Shown here: one piece after another, positions 38,363 through 48,489 of the stretch
How positions within the stretch are numbered: the stretch's first letter is position 1
How the letters are laid out: each line of letters starts with the position of its first letter
Assembly: GCA_964644135.1 (NCBI GenBank)
Contig: CAZXWD010000005.1
Coordinates: 4,491 to 61,227 of the forward strand
DNA from: an uncultured Bacteroidales bacterium
GTDB taxonomy: Bacteria; Bacteroidota; Bacteroidia; Bacteroidales; JAGOPY01
Direction of reading: 5' to 3'
Length of the DNA: 56,737 bases
Translations under genes and position numbers: made by a program
The notes under the pieces: generated by a model
What the model saw: only the letters and a program-made list of their open reading frames with translations
Databases searched by the model: none
What the model was told of the DNA's origin: nothing

Positions 38363-39604
38363 GTGGATATATTCAACAAAATGTCAGCGATGGGGCCGCT
38401 CGGTAAATATATGGAGCACGGCGACGGGTATTATTTCTTTCCTAAACTTGAAGGGCCTATTTCGAACAAGATGATGTTCAACGGCAAGGAGAGGCTGGTA
38501 TGGAGCCTCAATAATTATTTAGGGTTTGCTAATCATCCCGAAGTTCGCAAGACGGATGCCGAAGCAACTGCCGAATTTGGGCTTGCCTACCAGATGGGCG
38601 CAAGGATGATGTCAGGGCAAACTACTTACCATGAGCAATTTGAGAAAGAGATCGCTGAGTTTATAGGAAAAGAATCAGCCTACCTGCTGAATTTCGGCTA
38701 CCAGGGAATGGTATCCATTGTTGAATCGCTCGTCGACAGGAAAGACGTCATTATATACGATTCTGAGGCACACGCATGCATTATCGATGGCATGAGGCTT
38801 CATTTCGGGAAAAGGTTTGTCTACCCTCACAACGACATGGAAAATCTCAAAAAAGAGCTTGAGAGGGCAACCAAGATCGTTGAACGCACGGGGGGCGGTA
38901 TCCTGGTGATCACTGAAGGTGTTTACGGTATGGCAGGTGACCTCGGGAACTTAAAAGCCATTGTTGAACTGAAAAAGAAATACAATTTCAGGCTGCTTGT
39001 TGATGATGCACACGGATTCGGAACCATGGGAAAGACAGGTGCAGGAACCGGCGAGCATCTCGGCGTCCAGGACGAGATCGATGTCTATTTTTCAACCTTT
39101 GCCAAATCGTTTGCAGGGATCGGTGCTTTTGTGGCAAGCCGTGATGATGTGATCAAATACCTGCGGTTCAATCTCAGGTCACAGGTATACGCAAAATCGC
39201 TTCCTGTTGCCATGACTATAGGCGCCCTGAAAAGGCTTGAGATCCTAAAAAAGGAACCACAGCATAAGGAAAAGCTTTGGGAAGTAGTGAACGCACTGCA
39301 GGATGGGCTTAAATCCAAAGGTTTTAACCTTGGAAAAACTGAATCACCTGTTACACCGGTATTTCTTGAAGGCGGTGTTCCCGAAGCAACCCAGGTTACA
39401 TATGACCTGCGTGAAAACCACAACATTTTCTGCTCAATAGTTGTTTACCCGGTTGTCCCCAAGGGAGTGATCATGCTGAGGCTTATACCTACAGCTGTCC
39501 ATACCATTGAAGATGTGGAATACACCATAGATGCTTTTTCACAGGTGCAGGAGAAGATCACTAAAGGGGTATACTCCGCTGATATAAAATCGATGTCAGT
39601 TTAG
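38363..39604 (+). CDS. Alpha-oxoamine synthase (PLP), probably cysteate acyl-ACP transferase (SulA/CapB-like)
   Basis: WSLNNYLG, MGARMMSG, DDAHG, TFAKS, YAKSLP; pattern fits my recollection of SulA/CapB better than SPT, which has GSRFLNGT. Confidence 0.7.
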   Translation: MDIFNKMSAMGPLGKYMEHGDGYYFFPKLEGPISNKMMFNGKERLVWSLNNYLGFANHPEVRKTDAEATAEFGLAYQMGARMMSGQTTYHEQFEKEIAEFIGKESAYLLNFGYQGMVSIVESLVDRKDVIIYDSEAHACIIDGMRLHFGKRFVYPHNDMENLKKELERATKIVERTGGGILVITEGVYGMAGDLGNLKAIVELKKKYNFRLLVDDAHGFGTMGKTGAGTGEHLGVQDEIDVYFSTFAKSFAGIGAFVASRDDVIKYLRFNLRSQVYAKSLPVAMTIGALKRLEILKKEPQHKEKLWEVVNALQDGLKSKGFNLGKTESPVTPVFLEGGVPEATQVTYDLRENHNIFCSIVVYPVVPKGVIMLRLIPTAVHTIEDVEYTIDAFSQVQEKITKGVYSADIKSMSV

Positions 39605-39644
39605 TCGCTTAGCCGGATTTTCCACACTTTTAGCCAGATCGCAA

Positions 39645-40925
39645 ATGTCCGGTAATCACAGAAAAAGGAAAAAACACTCCTACTTATACATGATATACCG
39701 GCGTGTCCGCTATGTCAGATTCCTGAGAAAGAAACGTAAAAATATCCTGAGAGACCTCAAAAAAAGGGAAAAAGAGGAAAAAAGGGAGGTCAGGAGAAAA
39801 GAAAGGGAAAAACGTAAGCGCGACAGGATCTATGAGATCCGGAAAAAGGAAGCAGACAAAAAGAAGATCAAAGCTGATGTTGAAGAGCTCAGGCAGCAAC
39901 ATGAAATGGAATCTGAAGCATACAGGGCTGAAAGGAAGAAGAAAGAGGAACAATTAAGGCTTAAGATAGAAAAGGACAGAAATTTTATGCGGAGAAGACG
40001 AAAAAGGCTTCTTCGCTATTATCTGAAGCTTCAGAGAAGGAACCTCATCAGGGGGATCCGTTCCCTCAACCTCAATACCCTTCGAAAGAAGATCAGCAGT
40101 TTCAGGGAGCAAAGAGAAAAAAGAAAAACATCCTTTCTCATCTTTGCCAATTCATTCACCTTATTTCTGCTTTCTTATATAGTCCTTTATCTTGTTTCGC
40201 AGTTCGCCACGATCATTGCGGCATTGTTCTATGACTTTCCAACAATACTGTATTACTGGGAGATCTATTTCAATATTTCAACTGCCGACTGGACCCCGGA
40301 AGCCATTAAAACTGTTTTTACCACAGGGCCAGTGGTATCATTCATTATAGGAATTATTTCCATGATCATCTATTCCAACCTCAAGGAATATACAAGCAGG
40401 TTCAAGCTCTTTTTCCTATGGTTGTTCATTCATTCCGTCACTTTCTTTTTCGGGGGCATACTGGTTGGAACTCTTTTCGAAAAAGGTATTGGACATACGA
40501 TAGGATGGCTTTACATTATGGATACCGGAAAAGTCTTTTACTCCATTATTTCCATTTTCATTATACTGATCACAGGTTTTATTATAACCCGCCCTGTATT
40601 ATTTTCAGCCAACAGTTACTTTACCAATCTGACCAGGAGGAACCGCAGGCTTTTTATCCACTCGCAGATAACCATTCCTTACCTTACCGGTATAGCTGTT
40701 TTGATATTACTTAGGGAACCAAGATTTATGTTCTACGAAACATTTATCACTTTTACGGCAGCTCTTATTCTTCTACCGGTGCTCGGCACCTATAACACTT
40801 ACCAGGACTATTATTTTGAATTTGAAGAGAAGAAGCCCGCATTTCCCTGGATTACAGTGATCATAACATTGCTTATACTCCTTGCCTACCGGTTTGGACT
40901 GGCAGAAGGGATCAATATAGGATAG
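39645..40925 (+). CDS. Hypothetical membrane protein with a very basic N-terminal domain
   Basis: About 160-aa K/R-rich region followed by about 7 hydrophobic segments; 40 nt downstream of the AOS gene. Confidence 0.75.
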   Translation: MSGNHRKRKKHSYLYMIYRRVRYVRFLRKKRKNILRDLKKREKEEKREVRRKEREKRKRDRIYEIRKKEADKKKIKADVEELRQQHEMESEAYRAERKKKEEQLRLKIEKDRNFMRRRRKRLLRYYLKLQRRNLIRGIRSLNLNTLRKKISSFREQREKRKTSFLIFANSFTLFLLSYIVLYLVSQFATIIAALFYDFPTILYYWEIYFNISTADWTPEAIKTVFTTGPVVSFIIGIISMIIYSNLKEYTSRFKLFFLWLFIHSVTFFFGGILVGTLFEKGIGHTIGWLYIMDTGKVFYSIISIFIILITGFIITRPVLFSANSYFTNLTRRNRRLFIHSQITIPYLTGIAVLILLREPRFMFYETFITFTAALILLPVLGTYNTYQDYYFEFEEKKPAFPWITVIITLLILLAYRFGLAEGINIG

Positions 40926-40929
40926 TTTC

Positions 40930-42630
40930 TTATTTTATTATCAGGTTCTTTACCCCCCTGCCCTTTTTAGTGACAATTTCAACCACATAATTGCCCGGTC
41001 TCAGGTGCCCTGTTTCCAGCGGAGCATTATAGTCGTATACTGACTGACGTAATACCTGCATTCCTTGCATGTTATAGACCCTGAGGTGTTCTACCGGGGT
41101 TTCAGACCTCACCATAACGGTATTGCCTGCGGCAGGATTCGGGTAAAGCTTAAACCCGGCCGAAATCTCATTCTGTGAAATACTGCCTACCCCTTCGGGT
41201 GAAAGCCAAATGTTCAACTGAGTCTTTTGCCTGTTGGTCACCTGGATATTCGGGATAAGCCGGGTATCATACCCTGAAGCAGATACACGCAGGTGGTAAT
41301 TGCCCTCATAGATAAATCTTTTATAGTTTCCCAGCGGCAGGTGGGAATATACCCAGGAACTGTCTTCCTCGTGGCCGATTACATAAATTTCTGCATGGAC
41401 AGGGAATCCACTGACTGTATCCTTTACCCTTCCGGTAATCCCGAAAGTTGCCTGTTCCATATAATTTAATAAGGAGCGGTAGTTGTAGTTCCACCAGTTT
41501 GTGAGTTGTGTTTCAGGGAGAAGCTTGGTGTTGGATATTTCAAGTGTGAATTCCCTGCCCTGGTGGAAATAGGTCATATAGTCCTGCCTGCCACCTGATA
41601 TTGTATACCAGGCATACCCGTTTGTAATGCCATTGTTGAAACTGGTGAGATACCCAGGTGGGCTGTAAAACTGCGCAGTATCGGCATATTCCCTGCAAAC
41701 ATACACCCACCAGTCGTTATCGGCCGTAAGGTGGCTCCAGGTATCCCAGGGGTAGTTACAGACCTCTTCACCACCGTGAATGTTACACGAAAGCACAAAA
41801 TGGTTGTCCTCTGCCACCTCCATAAATGCAACTGTTTCGGGTTGCCATTCGTTGCCGTCGGGGTGCGGGCCATCCTCAGGATCCGGGAAATTCCGGTTAA
41901 TGTCCACGATATTAGCGTTGTAACGGGTGGCGCCGTTTACTGTGTGATTCCCGGCTGCGTATGTCCCATCAGGGTTTGCGAGTGGATTTATCCATATTTC
42001 AAGGTTATCGACCATGTTTGTTATCCGGTCGTTGTTCCCGTATTCTGAAAGAAGGTGATCAATAAGATGCAGCATCAGGACATATCCTGCCGTTTCATCG
42101 CCATGCATGGTAGAAGTGTACATAAACTGGGGTTCGCCTTCATTGGAACCCACATTGTCGGTGATACGGGCAAAAAGAAGTTCTCTTCCTTGCTCACTTT
42201 GTCCAATGCTGAATACCTCACAGATATCCGGGTAATTTGCGGCGAATTGTTCCATTATGCTCACATAGCCCTCATAAGTGGGATAAAAATTCCAGTCGGT
42301 AATGTCCCTGATGTTGATCTCGTCCACCATAAATGGTTCACGATCAAGGTCACCCGGATGGGGCAGCAATTCATAATCTATTCCGAACCTCAGGAACCTG
42401 TCAAATTCTTTTCGCGAGGCATAGGCATAGACCTCTTCTTCTTTCTTATTATCGAGTGAAATAATTTTTGTTAACTGATCGATCACATCCCTTCCAGGGT
42501 CGCTGAATTTGAAGTAGGCTTCGCCTTTTCTGTTGAAATAGTCTTCCGGAGTTAAATGATCCTGGCCGTTCAGGGTAATGACAGCAATAAGGGACAGGAC
42601 AGCAACAAACAGGATTTTCTTAGCAAACAT
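40930..42630 (-). CDS. M14 zinc carboxypeptidase with T9SS C-terminal domain
   Basis: STMHGDE, NPDG, DINRNFP, NIHGG, TLEIS; C-terminal LYPNPA...GNYVV..KNLIIK. Confidence 0.92.
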   Translation of the reverse strand: MFAKKILFVAVLSLIAVITLNGQDHLTPEDYFNRKGEAYFKFSDPGRDVIDQLTKIISLDNKKEEEVYAYASRKEFDRFLRFGIDYELLPHPGDLDREPFMVDEINIRDITDWNFYPTYEGYVSIMEQFAANYPDICEVFSIGQSEQGRELLFARITDNVGSNEGEPQFMYTSTMHGDETAGYVLMLHLIDHLLSEYGNNDRITNMVDNLEIWINPLANPDGTYAAGNHTVNGATRYNANIVDINRNFPDPEDGPHPDGNEWQPETVAFMEVAEDNHFVLSCNIHGGEEVCNYPWDTWSHLTADNDWWVYVCREYADTAQFYSPPGYLTSFNNGITNGYAWYTISGGRQDYMTYFHQGREFTLEISNTKLLPETQLTNWWNYNYRSLLNYMEQATFGITGRVKDTVSGFPVHAEIYVIGHEEDSSWVYSHLPLGNYKRFIYEGNYHLRVSASGYDTRLIPNIQVTNRQKTQLNIWLSPEGVGSISQNEISAGFKLYPNPAAGNTVMVRSETPVEHLRVYNMQGMQVLRQSVYDYNAPLETGHLRPGNYVVEIVTKKGRGVKNLIIK

Positions 42631-42659
42631 TATCGTAATAGTTTAAATAGTACTGGTTG

Positions 42660-43559
42660 TTATTTTCTCTCGATCTCAAAGTTATAGTTTTTCACCAGAT
42701 CTTTCAGTTTATCATAAGTTGAAGGTCCCACAGGAGCCAGTGGCAGCCTAAGTGCATTACTGCAGAAACCCATGATCTCCATAACAGCCTTTATTCCTCC
42801 AGGACTGCCGTCTTCAAAAAGGGCATTTATTATATCAATGAGGCTGTAGTGGATGTTCCTGGCTTTCTTTATTTTACCTTTCCGCAGAAGCCTCACCATT
42901 TCAGAAAACTGTGCGGGATAAGCATTCGCCACTACTGAGATCACTCCCTGCGCACCCATTGTCATAAGGGGAAAAGTAAGCGCATCATCCCCTGAAATAA
43001 CCACAAAGTCCTTTGGCTTTCGCTTGATTATTTCCATTATCTGCACAAAATTTCCTGATGCTTCCTTTATACCCACAATGTTGCTGAAGTCCCTGGCAAG
43101 ATTCAGGGTAGTGTCTGCTGAAATATTGCAACTGGTCCGGCCGGGCACATTGTACAGCACTACCGGAACCGGGCAGGCTCCTGCCACCGCCTTGTAATGA
43201 TTGTAGATACCCTGCTGGCCAGGTTTGTTATAGTATGGGCAGACTGACAGCACGGCATCCACTTCATCGAATGACACCGATTTTATGGTATTTATGATCT
43301 CCTGTGTGTTATTCCCTCCCAGCCCGAACATTACCGGGACACGTTTATTCACGGTTTCCACAACAAAATCAACTAAAGCTATTTTTTCATCCCTGGAAAT
43401 GGTAGGCGATTCCCCGGTAGTTCCTAGGGTCACTATGTAGTCTACATCATTGCTGATGACATACTCTATTATCCGCTCGAATGATGAAAAATCGATGGTT
43501 CCATAGTCATGAAAAGGTGTGATTATGGCAACACCTGTTCCTTTGAAATCAAAACTCAT
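42660..43559 (-). CDS. dapA: 4-hydroxy-tetrahydrodipicolinate synthase
   Basis: GTTGES, PYYNKP, YNVPGRT, GIKEASG, SGDD. Confidence 0.97.
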   Translation of the reverse strand: MSFDFKGTGVAIITPFHDYGTIDFSSFERIIEYVISNDVDYIVTLGTTGESPTISRDEKIALVDFVVETVNKRVPVMFGLGGNNTQEIINTIKSVSFDEVDAVLSVCPYYNKPGQQGIYNHYKAVAGACPVPVVLYNVPGRTSCNISADTTLNLARDFSNIVGIKEASGNFVQIMEIIKRKPKDFVVISGDDALTFPLMTMGAQGVISVVANAYPAQFSEMVRLLRKGKIKKARNIHYSLIDIINALFEDGSPGGIKAVMEIMGFCSNALRLPLAPVGPSTYDKLKDLVKNYNFEIERK

Positions 43560-44110
43560 TTTGAAAGGGGTTTAATAATATTTATATAATGATCGAAATT
43601 TTCAATCATTTTATGAAGTGGCTCATTGTCTTTGACCTCAATCATCATATCAAAAACAGGCTTGTTGGTTTCACTGAACCTTCCTATCTTGAAACCTGCA
43701 CCTGACTCGGCAGCCGCGAAAAGCAATGGGGTCCGGTTTTCAACGCTGATATCTATAAGGATATCAAAGTTCTGTTCGCAGAAATCCTTGTATTTCACGG
43801 TTTTAGGCTTACCGTACCATTTCAGGTCAGAAGGGTAAATATAGTCAAAAGAGAGCATTGGCATCAGGTGCTTAGCCATCAACGGATCAGTTATGAACCC
43901 AAGTGCCCTGACCTCTTTGTTGCGTGCCTGTAATTTATTTACATATCCGTGCACTTCTTCGAAATCTTTCTCCTCTGTACTGTCGAAAAGTATCCCAATG
44001 CTTTTTGAATTCTCAAAGTTGGCGATCCTTTTCTTCCTGCCGGTCGTTCTCAATATCTTTTTCAAGAAATACGCACCGGCATTATCCTTTATTTTGGCTG
44101 GCAGAATCAA
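43556..44110 (-). CDS. Conserved hypothetical protein (DUF6913-like)
   Basis: SIGILFD...FDILID...FKIG..FDMMI pattern; overlaps the dapA start (ATGA). Confidence 0.7.
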   Translation of the reverse strand: MILPAKIKDNAGAYFLKKILRTTGRKKRIANFENSKSIGILFDSTEEKDFEEVHGYVNKLQARNKEVRALGFITDPLMAKHLMPMLSFDYIYPSDLKWYGKPKTVKYKDFCEQNFDILIDISVENRTPLLFAAAESGAGFKIGRFSETNKPVFDMMIEVKDNEPLHKMIENFDHYINIIKPLSK

Positions 44111-44160
44111 TTTTTAAAAATCTATAAATATATAATACAATCGGGGCAACGTAATAGTAT

Positions 44161-45813
44161 TTAGGGGATATTTTTATCAAGTCCGGGTCTTTTTCTCACT
44201 TTTCTCAAATCCAGGAGATTCATCGGGTTGTTTTTCATTCCCTCAATTTTGGTGCTTACAAACCTTGTCACCTCGTCATAATACAGCACCACAACGGGAC
44301 ATTCTTCCATTATCAGTTCATTCATGCTCCTGTAAAGTGAAACCCTGTCGTCGTAAGAAACTGTCTTTTGTGAAAGAAGGTAAAGGCTGTCGTAACGAGG
44401 GTTGCTGAAATAAGTGTAATTAGGTCCGTCTGGCGTGAAATTACCACTGTAGAACAACGAGAGATAATTTTCCTCATCGGGATAATCCGCAATCCATGAT
44501 GCCCTGAAAAAACTTAGTTTCCCCTGTGCCTTTAATTCCTTAAGCGTGGCAGCGGGATGTACCTCAATTTCGATCTCCAATCCTATCATTGAAAGCTGCG
44601 ACTGGATATACTTACAAATATCAATGTAATCGGCCGTGGTATGGAGAGTTATGGTCTTTACCTGGGTTTTGTCATTTAATCCCGGGCTATTGAGCAGCTT
44701 TCTTGCCGAATCCGGATCATAGGAGTAGTATTTGCGTGAGGGATCAAAAGCCGGCATTCCTGCAGGAAGAAACCCGTAATTTCCCGGAATTCCGATCCCG
44801 TTCCTAAGGTATCTTATCATTTTTTCACGGTCAAATCCCATATTGACAGCCTGGCGGACTTTTTTCAAAAGCAAAGGGTTGGATTGTCCATGCTCTTCCG
44901 TTCCCATCATAAAGCCCAGGTATTCCGTATTCAGGTATGGACCCTTCATGAGCCTGACCGTACCCGTATATTTTGGGTTTAGTTTACCTGTCCTGGTGAG
45001 CAGTTCATCTTTAAAAGACGGATCGATACCTGAGAGGAAATCGAGGTTGCCTTTCATGAATTCAAGGAAGGCCGATTGCTGATCTGAAAGAAAAGTAATT
45101 GAAACGGCATCCAGGTAAGGTAACCTGCTTATCCCTTCATATTCAAAATACCGGTCATTTTTCACGAGCACCATTTTCACGCCTTCTTTCCAGGTGCTGA
45201 GCCTGAATGGTCCTGTCCCCACCGGTTGCCTGCTGAACCTGGCATCTTTATTCTCAACTGCCTCAATTGGAACTACTGAACAATATTGCATTCCCAGAAT
45301 GCTCAAAAAAGGAGGGAACGGCTCCTTAAGCCGAATGATCAGCACCGAATCGTTGAGTGCAATGAAACCGGGCATATTGTCCGTCATCTCCACCTTAGAA
45401 AAGATCCATGAACCGGGAGATGCTACTTCAGGGTCAAGTATCCTTGAAAAACTGTAGACAAAGTCTTCTGCAACTACTTTCCTTGAATTGGATTTATCTG
45501 TTTGATGGAAATACACATCATTTCTGAGAAGAAATGAATATTCCCTGCCATCCCGGGATATCTCCCATTTCCTGGCGATACAGGGTATTGGTTTCAGGCT
45601 GGTGTCGAGCCTTATCAGTCCGTTAAAAAGCTGGTTGCACGCCCAGATATTTGCCTGGTCCTTGGCATAGGCCGGATCGAGGGAAGTTATGTTCGAGGGT
45701 TCATTATAACGAAAAACGGTTTTTCCGTTGTCATCATAACCTCTTCTGGTGCAGGCAAGTATTCCCGCTAAAAGAGCCAGTAATATAATTGTCTTCACTA
45801 AAGGACTTTGCAT
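44161..45813 (-). CDS. ABC transporter substrate-binding protein (family 5), lipoprotein
   Basis: TSLDPA, LFNGL, VYFH, DFVYSF, PVGTGPF, ASWIADYPD; lipobox ILAC; start moved to 45813. Confidence 0.88.
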   Translation of the reverse strand: MQSPLVKTIILLALLAGILACTRRGYDDNGKTVFRYNEPSNITSLDPAYAKDQANIWACNQLFNGLIRLDTSLKPIPCIARKWEISRDGREYSFLLRNDVYFHQTDKSNSRKVVAEDFVYSFSRILDPEVASPGSWIFSKVEMTDNMPGFIALNDSVLIIRLKEPFPPFLSILGMQYCSVVPIEAVENKDARFSRQPVGTGPFRLSTWKEGVKMVLVKNDRYFEYEGISRLPYLDAVSITFLSDQQSAFLEFMKGNLDFLSGIDPSFKDELLTRTGKLNPKYTGTVRLMKGPYLNTEYLGFMMGTEEHGQSNPLLLKKVRQAVNMGFDREKMIRYLRNGIGIPGNYGFLPAGMPAFDPSRKYYSYDPDSARKLLNSPGLNDKTQVKTITLHTTADYIDICKYIQSQLSMIGLEIEIEVHPAATLKELKAQGKLSFFRASWIADYPDEENYLSLFYSGNFTPDGPNYTYFSNPRYDSLYLLSQKTVSYDDRVSLYRSMNELIMEECPVVVLYYDEVTRFVSTKIEGMKNNPMNLLDLRKVRKRPGLDKNIP

Positions 45814-45856
45814 AAAGGATCCGGGCTGTCCCTGCAAAGATAATCAGTTGAAGCAA

Positions 45857-48328
45857 TTAATGTTTAGTTGTCTGGACAAGGTCAAGGGGCTTTTTTACTT
45901 TTTCCTTCAGAAGGGCATGATCTATTACCTCTATCATCTGATCTATATAAATAAAATTCAATCCTTTGACGTAATCGTCCTTGATCTCACGGATGTCTTT
46001 TTTATTTTCTTTTGAAAGGATCACATCTTTCACCCTGGCCCTTTTGGCTGCAAGGATCTTTTCCTTGATACCGCCAACGGGAAGCACCTTACCCCTGAGT
46101 GTGATCTCTCCGGTCATTGCTATCCTGGCCCTTACTTTCCGCTGGGTGAATGCAGAAGCCAGTGCCGTGAACATTGTGATTCCCGCCGACGGCCCGTCTT
46201 TGGGAACAGCGCCTTCGGGGAAGTGGATATGCACGTTCCAGCTTTTGAATATCTCCGGATCAATGTTCAGGTCCTCCGCATGCGCCCTCAGGTACTCAAT
46301 GGCCAGTGCTGCAGATTCTTTCATTACATCACCCAGGTTACCGGTAAGTGTAAGCTGGCCTTTTCCCTTCGAAAGGCTTACTTCAACAAACAATATCTCC
46401 CCTCCTGCCGATGTCCAGGCCAGCCCGGTGACCACTCCCGCAACCTCATTATTTATTTCACGGTCGCGCTGGTACCTGGGTGCACCCATGATCTCTTCCA
46501 GTTCTGATTGCTGAAGCTGCCGGGTATACTCCTCGTTCATGGCAATCTTTTTGGCCCTGTTCCGGAGTATCTTTGCTATCACCTTTTCCAGGCCCCTGAC
46601 CCCTGATTCCCTGGTATAATTATCGATAATACTTTCAAGGGTCTTTTTGGGGAAGGTTACCTGTCCCTTTTTTATTCCGTTTTCGGCAAGTTGTTTGGGA
46701 ATAAGGTGCCTTTTCGCTATCTCTACCTTTTCTTCCAGCAGGTATCCACTCAGGTCTATTATCTCCATCCTGTCGCGGAGTGCAGGGTGAATGGTCATTG
46801 TAGTGTTAGCAGTGGCAATGAACATTATCTTCGACAGGTCGAAATTTGTTTCAAGATAATTGTCGTAGAATTCCACGTTTTGTTCAGGATCAAGGATCTC
46901 GAGCAAAGCGGCCTGCGGGTCTCCCTGGATATTGTTCCCGCTCACCTTGTCAACTTCATCCAGGACAAAGACCGGATTTGCGGCTTTAGTCTTCTTAAGG
47001 CTCTGGATTATGCGTCCGGGCATAGCACCGACATAGGTTTTGCGGTGGCCGCGAAGCTCCGCTTCATCCCTTACGCCTCCAAGCGACATTCTGACATATT
47101 TCCTGTCGAGGGCCTTGGCGATCGATTTCCCGAGTGATGTCTTACCAACCCCCGGAGGGCCCACAAAGCAAAGTATCGGGGATTTAAGGTCCTTTTTCAG
47201 CTTAAGCACTGCCAGGTGCTCTATGATCCTGTCCTTTATCTTTTCAAGTCCGTAGTGATCTTCATCAAGTATTTTCTGCGCCCTTCCGAGATCAAAGTTG
47301 TCTTTTGTGTATTCACTCCAGGGCAGCTCCACCAGGGTATCAAGGTAATTAAGCTGGATCGAGTACTCAGCAGCCTGCGGATTCATTCGCTGGAGCTTCT
47401 TGAGCTCCTTTTCAAACGTCTCTGCTATATTGGGTGGCCATTTCTTTCCCTTTGCCTTTGATTTCAGCTCACTGATCTCCTGTTCATTGGGCGATCCCCC
47501 GAGTTCTTCCTGAATGGTCTTTAACTGTTGTGCAAGAAGGTAGTCCCTCTGCTGTTTATCAAGGTCGGTCTTTACCTTGTCCTGGATCTGGTTCTTGAGC
47601 TCCTGTATCTGCATTTCGCGCGACAGGGCTTCCAGCACTTTGTTTGCCCTTTCATTGAGGTCGCTTATTTCAAGCAGCTCCTGTTTTTCCTTGATCTCAA
47701 CGTTCAGGTTGGAAGAGACAAAATTGACCAGGAAAAAGGGACTTTCGATGTTTTTTATTGCAAAGGCTGCTTCGGAAGGCATATTTGGCGACATCTTAAT
47801 GATCTTTATCGCCAGATCCTTGAGAGAGTCGATGAGCGCAAGGAAGCGCTCGTCATTTTTATATTCAGCCTTAAGGGTTTCAAACGGGTTTACCCTTGCC
47901 TTGAAGTAGGGCTCTTCCTGGGTGATCTTTTCAATGACAAACCTTTTTTTACCCTGGATTATGGCTGTGGTGCTGCCGTCGGGCATTTGAAGCAACTTCA
48001 TTATGTGTGCCACAGTCCCTGTCTTGTAGATGTCAACTACCTTAGGATCTTCCACATTGGCGTCTTTCTGGGTAACTACGCCTATTATCTTGTCTTTCCT
48101 GTAATAATCCTTTATAAGTTGTATAGATTTGTCCCTGCCGACTGTGATGGGAATTACCACTCCCGGAAAAAGCACCGTGTTCCTCAGGGGCAGGATAGGA
48201 AGTTCCTGCGGTACCTTTTCGTTTTCCATTCGCTCCTCATCCTCCTGCGAAAGCAGAGGAATGAATTCAGTGTCGGCATCAATTATATCTGATAAAAATA
48301 AATTCTTCTTCGAAAGTGATTCATCCAT
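45857..48328 (-). CDS. lon: Lon protease
   Basis: [27 protein letters not shown] catalytic Ser, GGIKEK. Confidence 0.99.
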   Translation of the reverse strand: MDESLSKKNLFLSDIIDADTEFIPLLSQEDEERMENEKVPQELPILPLRNTVLFPGVVIPITVGRDKSIQLIKDYYRKDKIIGVVTQKDANVEDPKVVDIYKTGTVAHIMKLLQMPDGSTTAIIQGKKRFVIEKITQEEPYFKARVNPFETLKAEYKNDERFLALIDSLKDLAIKIIKMSPNMPSEAAFAIKNIESPFFLVNFVSSNLNVEIKEKQELLEISDLNERANKVLEALSREMQIQELKNQIQDKVKTDLDKQQRDYLLAQQLKTIQEELGGSPNEQEISELKSKAKGKKWPPNIAETFEKELKKLQRMNPQAAEYSIQLNYLDTLVELPWSEYTKDNFDLGRAQKILDEDHYGLEKIKDRIIEHLAVLKLKKDLKSPILCFVGPPGVGKTSLGKSIAKALDRKYVRMSLGGVRDEAELRGHRKTYVGAMPGRIIQSLKKTKAANPVFVLDEVDKVSGNNIQGDPQAALLEILDPEQNVEFYDNYLETNFDLSKIMFIATANTTMTIHPALRDRMEIIDLSGYLLEEKVEIAKRHLIPKQLAENGIKKGQVTFPKKTLESIIDNYTRESGVRGLEKVIAKILRNRAKKIAMNEEYTRQLQQSELEEIMGAPRYQRDREINNEVAGVVTGLAWTSAGGEILFVEVSLSKGKGQLTLTGNLGDVMKESAALAIEYLRAHAEDLNIDPEIFKSWNVHIHFPEGAVPKDGPSAGITMFTALASAFTQRKVRARIAMTGEITLRGKVLPVGGIKEKILAAKRARVKDVILSKENKKDIREIKDDYVKGLNFIYIDQMIEVIDHALLKEKVKKPLDLVQTTKH

Positions 48329-48451
48329 AATATATATTCGGTCAATTTGTCAGTTCGACAATAAATTTACTCAAATTTAACGGGCTAAAAGCTAAAAACA
48401 CCTGTAAGGCAGGGGAATAATCAGACAATTAGTTCCGTGTGGTAAGAAAGA

Positions 48452-48467
48452 TCAAGATTGGTGCCAA
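48452..48467 (-). promoter_or_regulatory. sigma54-like -24/-12 motif upstream of lon
   Basis: Minus strand TTGGCACCAATCTTGA (GG-N10-GA; -12 C replaced by A). Confidence 0.45.
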
Positions 48468-48489
48468 TAATGAACGGGACGGGTTTATA

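Noticed and set aside
39660-40130. Purine-rich low-complexity DNA as a tandem repeat or artefact
   Set aside because: No periodic unit; explained by K/R/E codons in a continuous ORF.
48338-48360. TGTCGAACTGACAAATTGAC motif upstream of lon as a heat-shock operator
   Set aside because: No matching copy found upstream of clpC; a single instance is insufficient.
45981-48380. Several + strand ORFs up to 254 aa
   Set aside because: Antisense shadows of lon. The same reasoning applies to the other short track ORFs nested opposite recognised genes.
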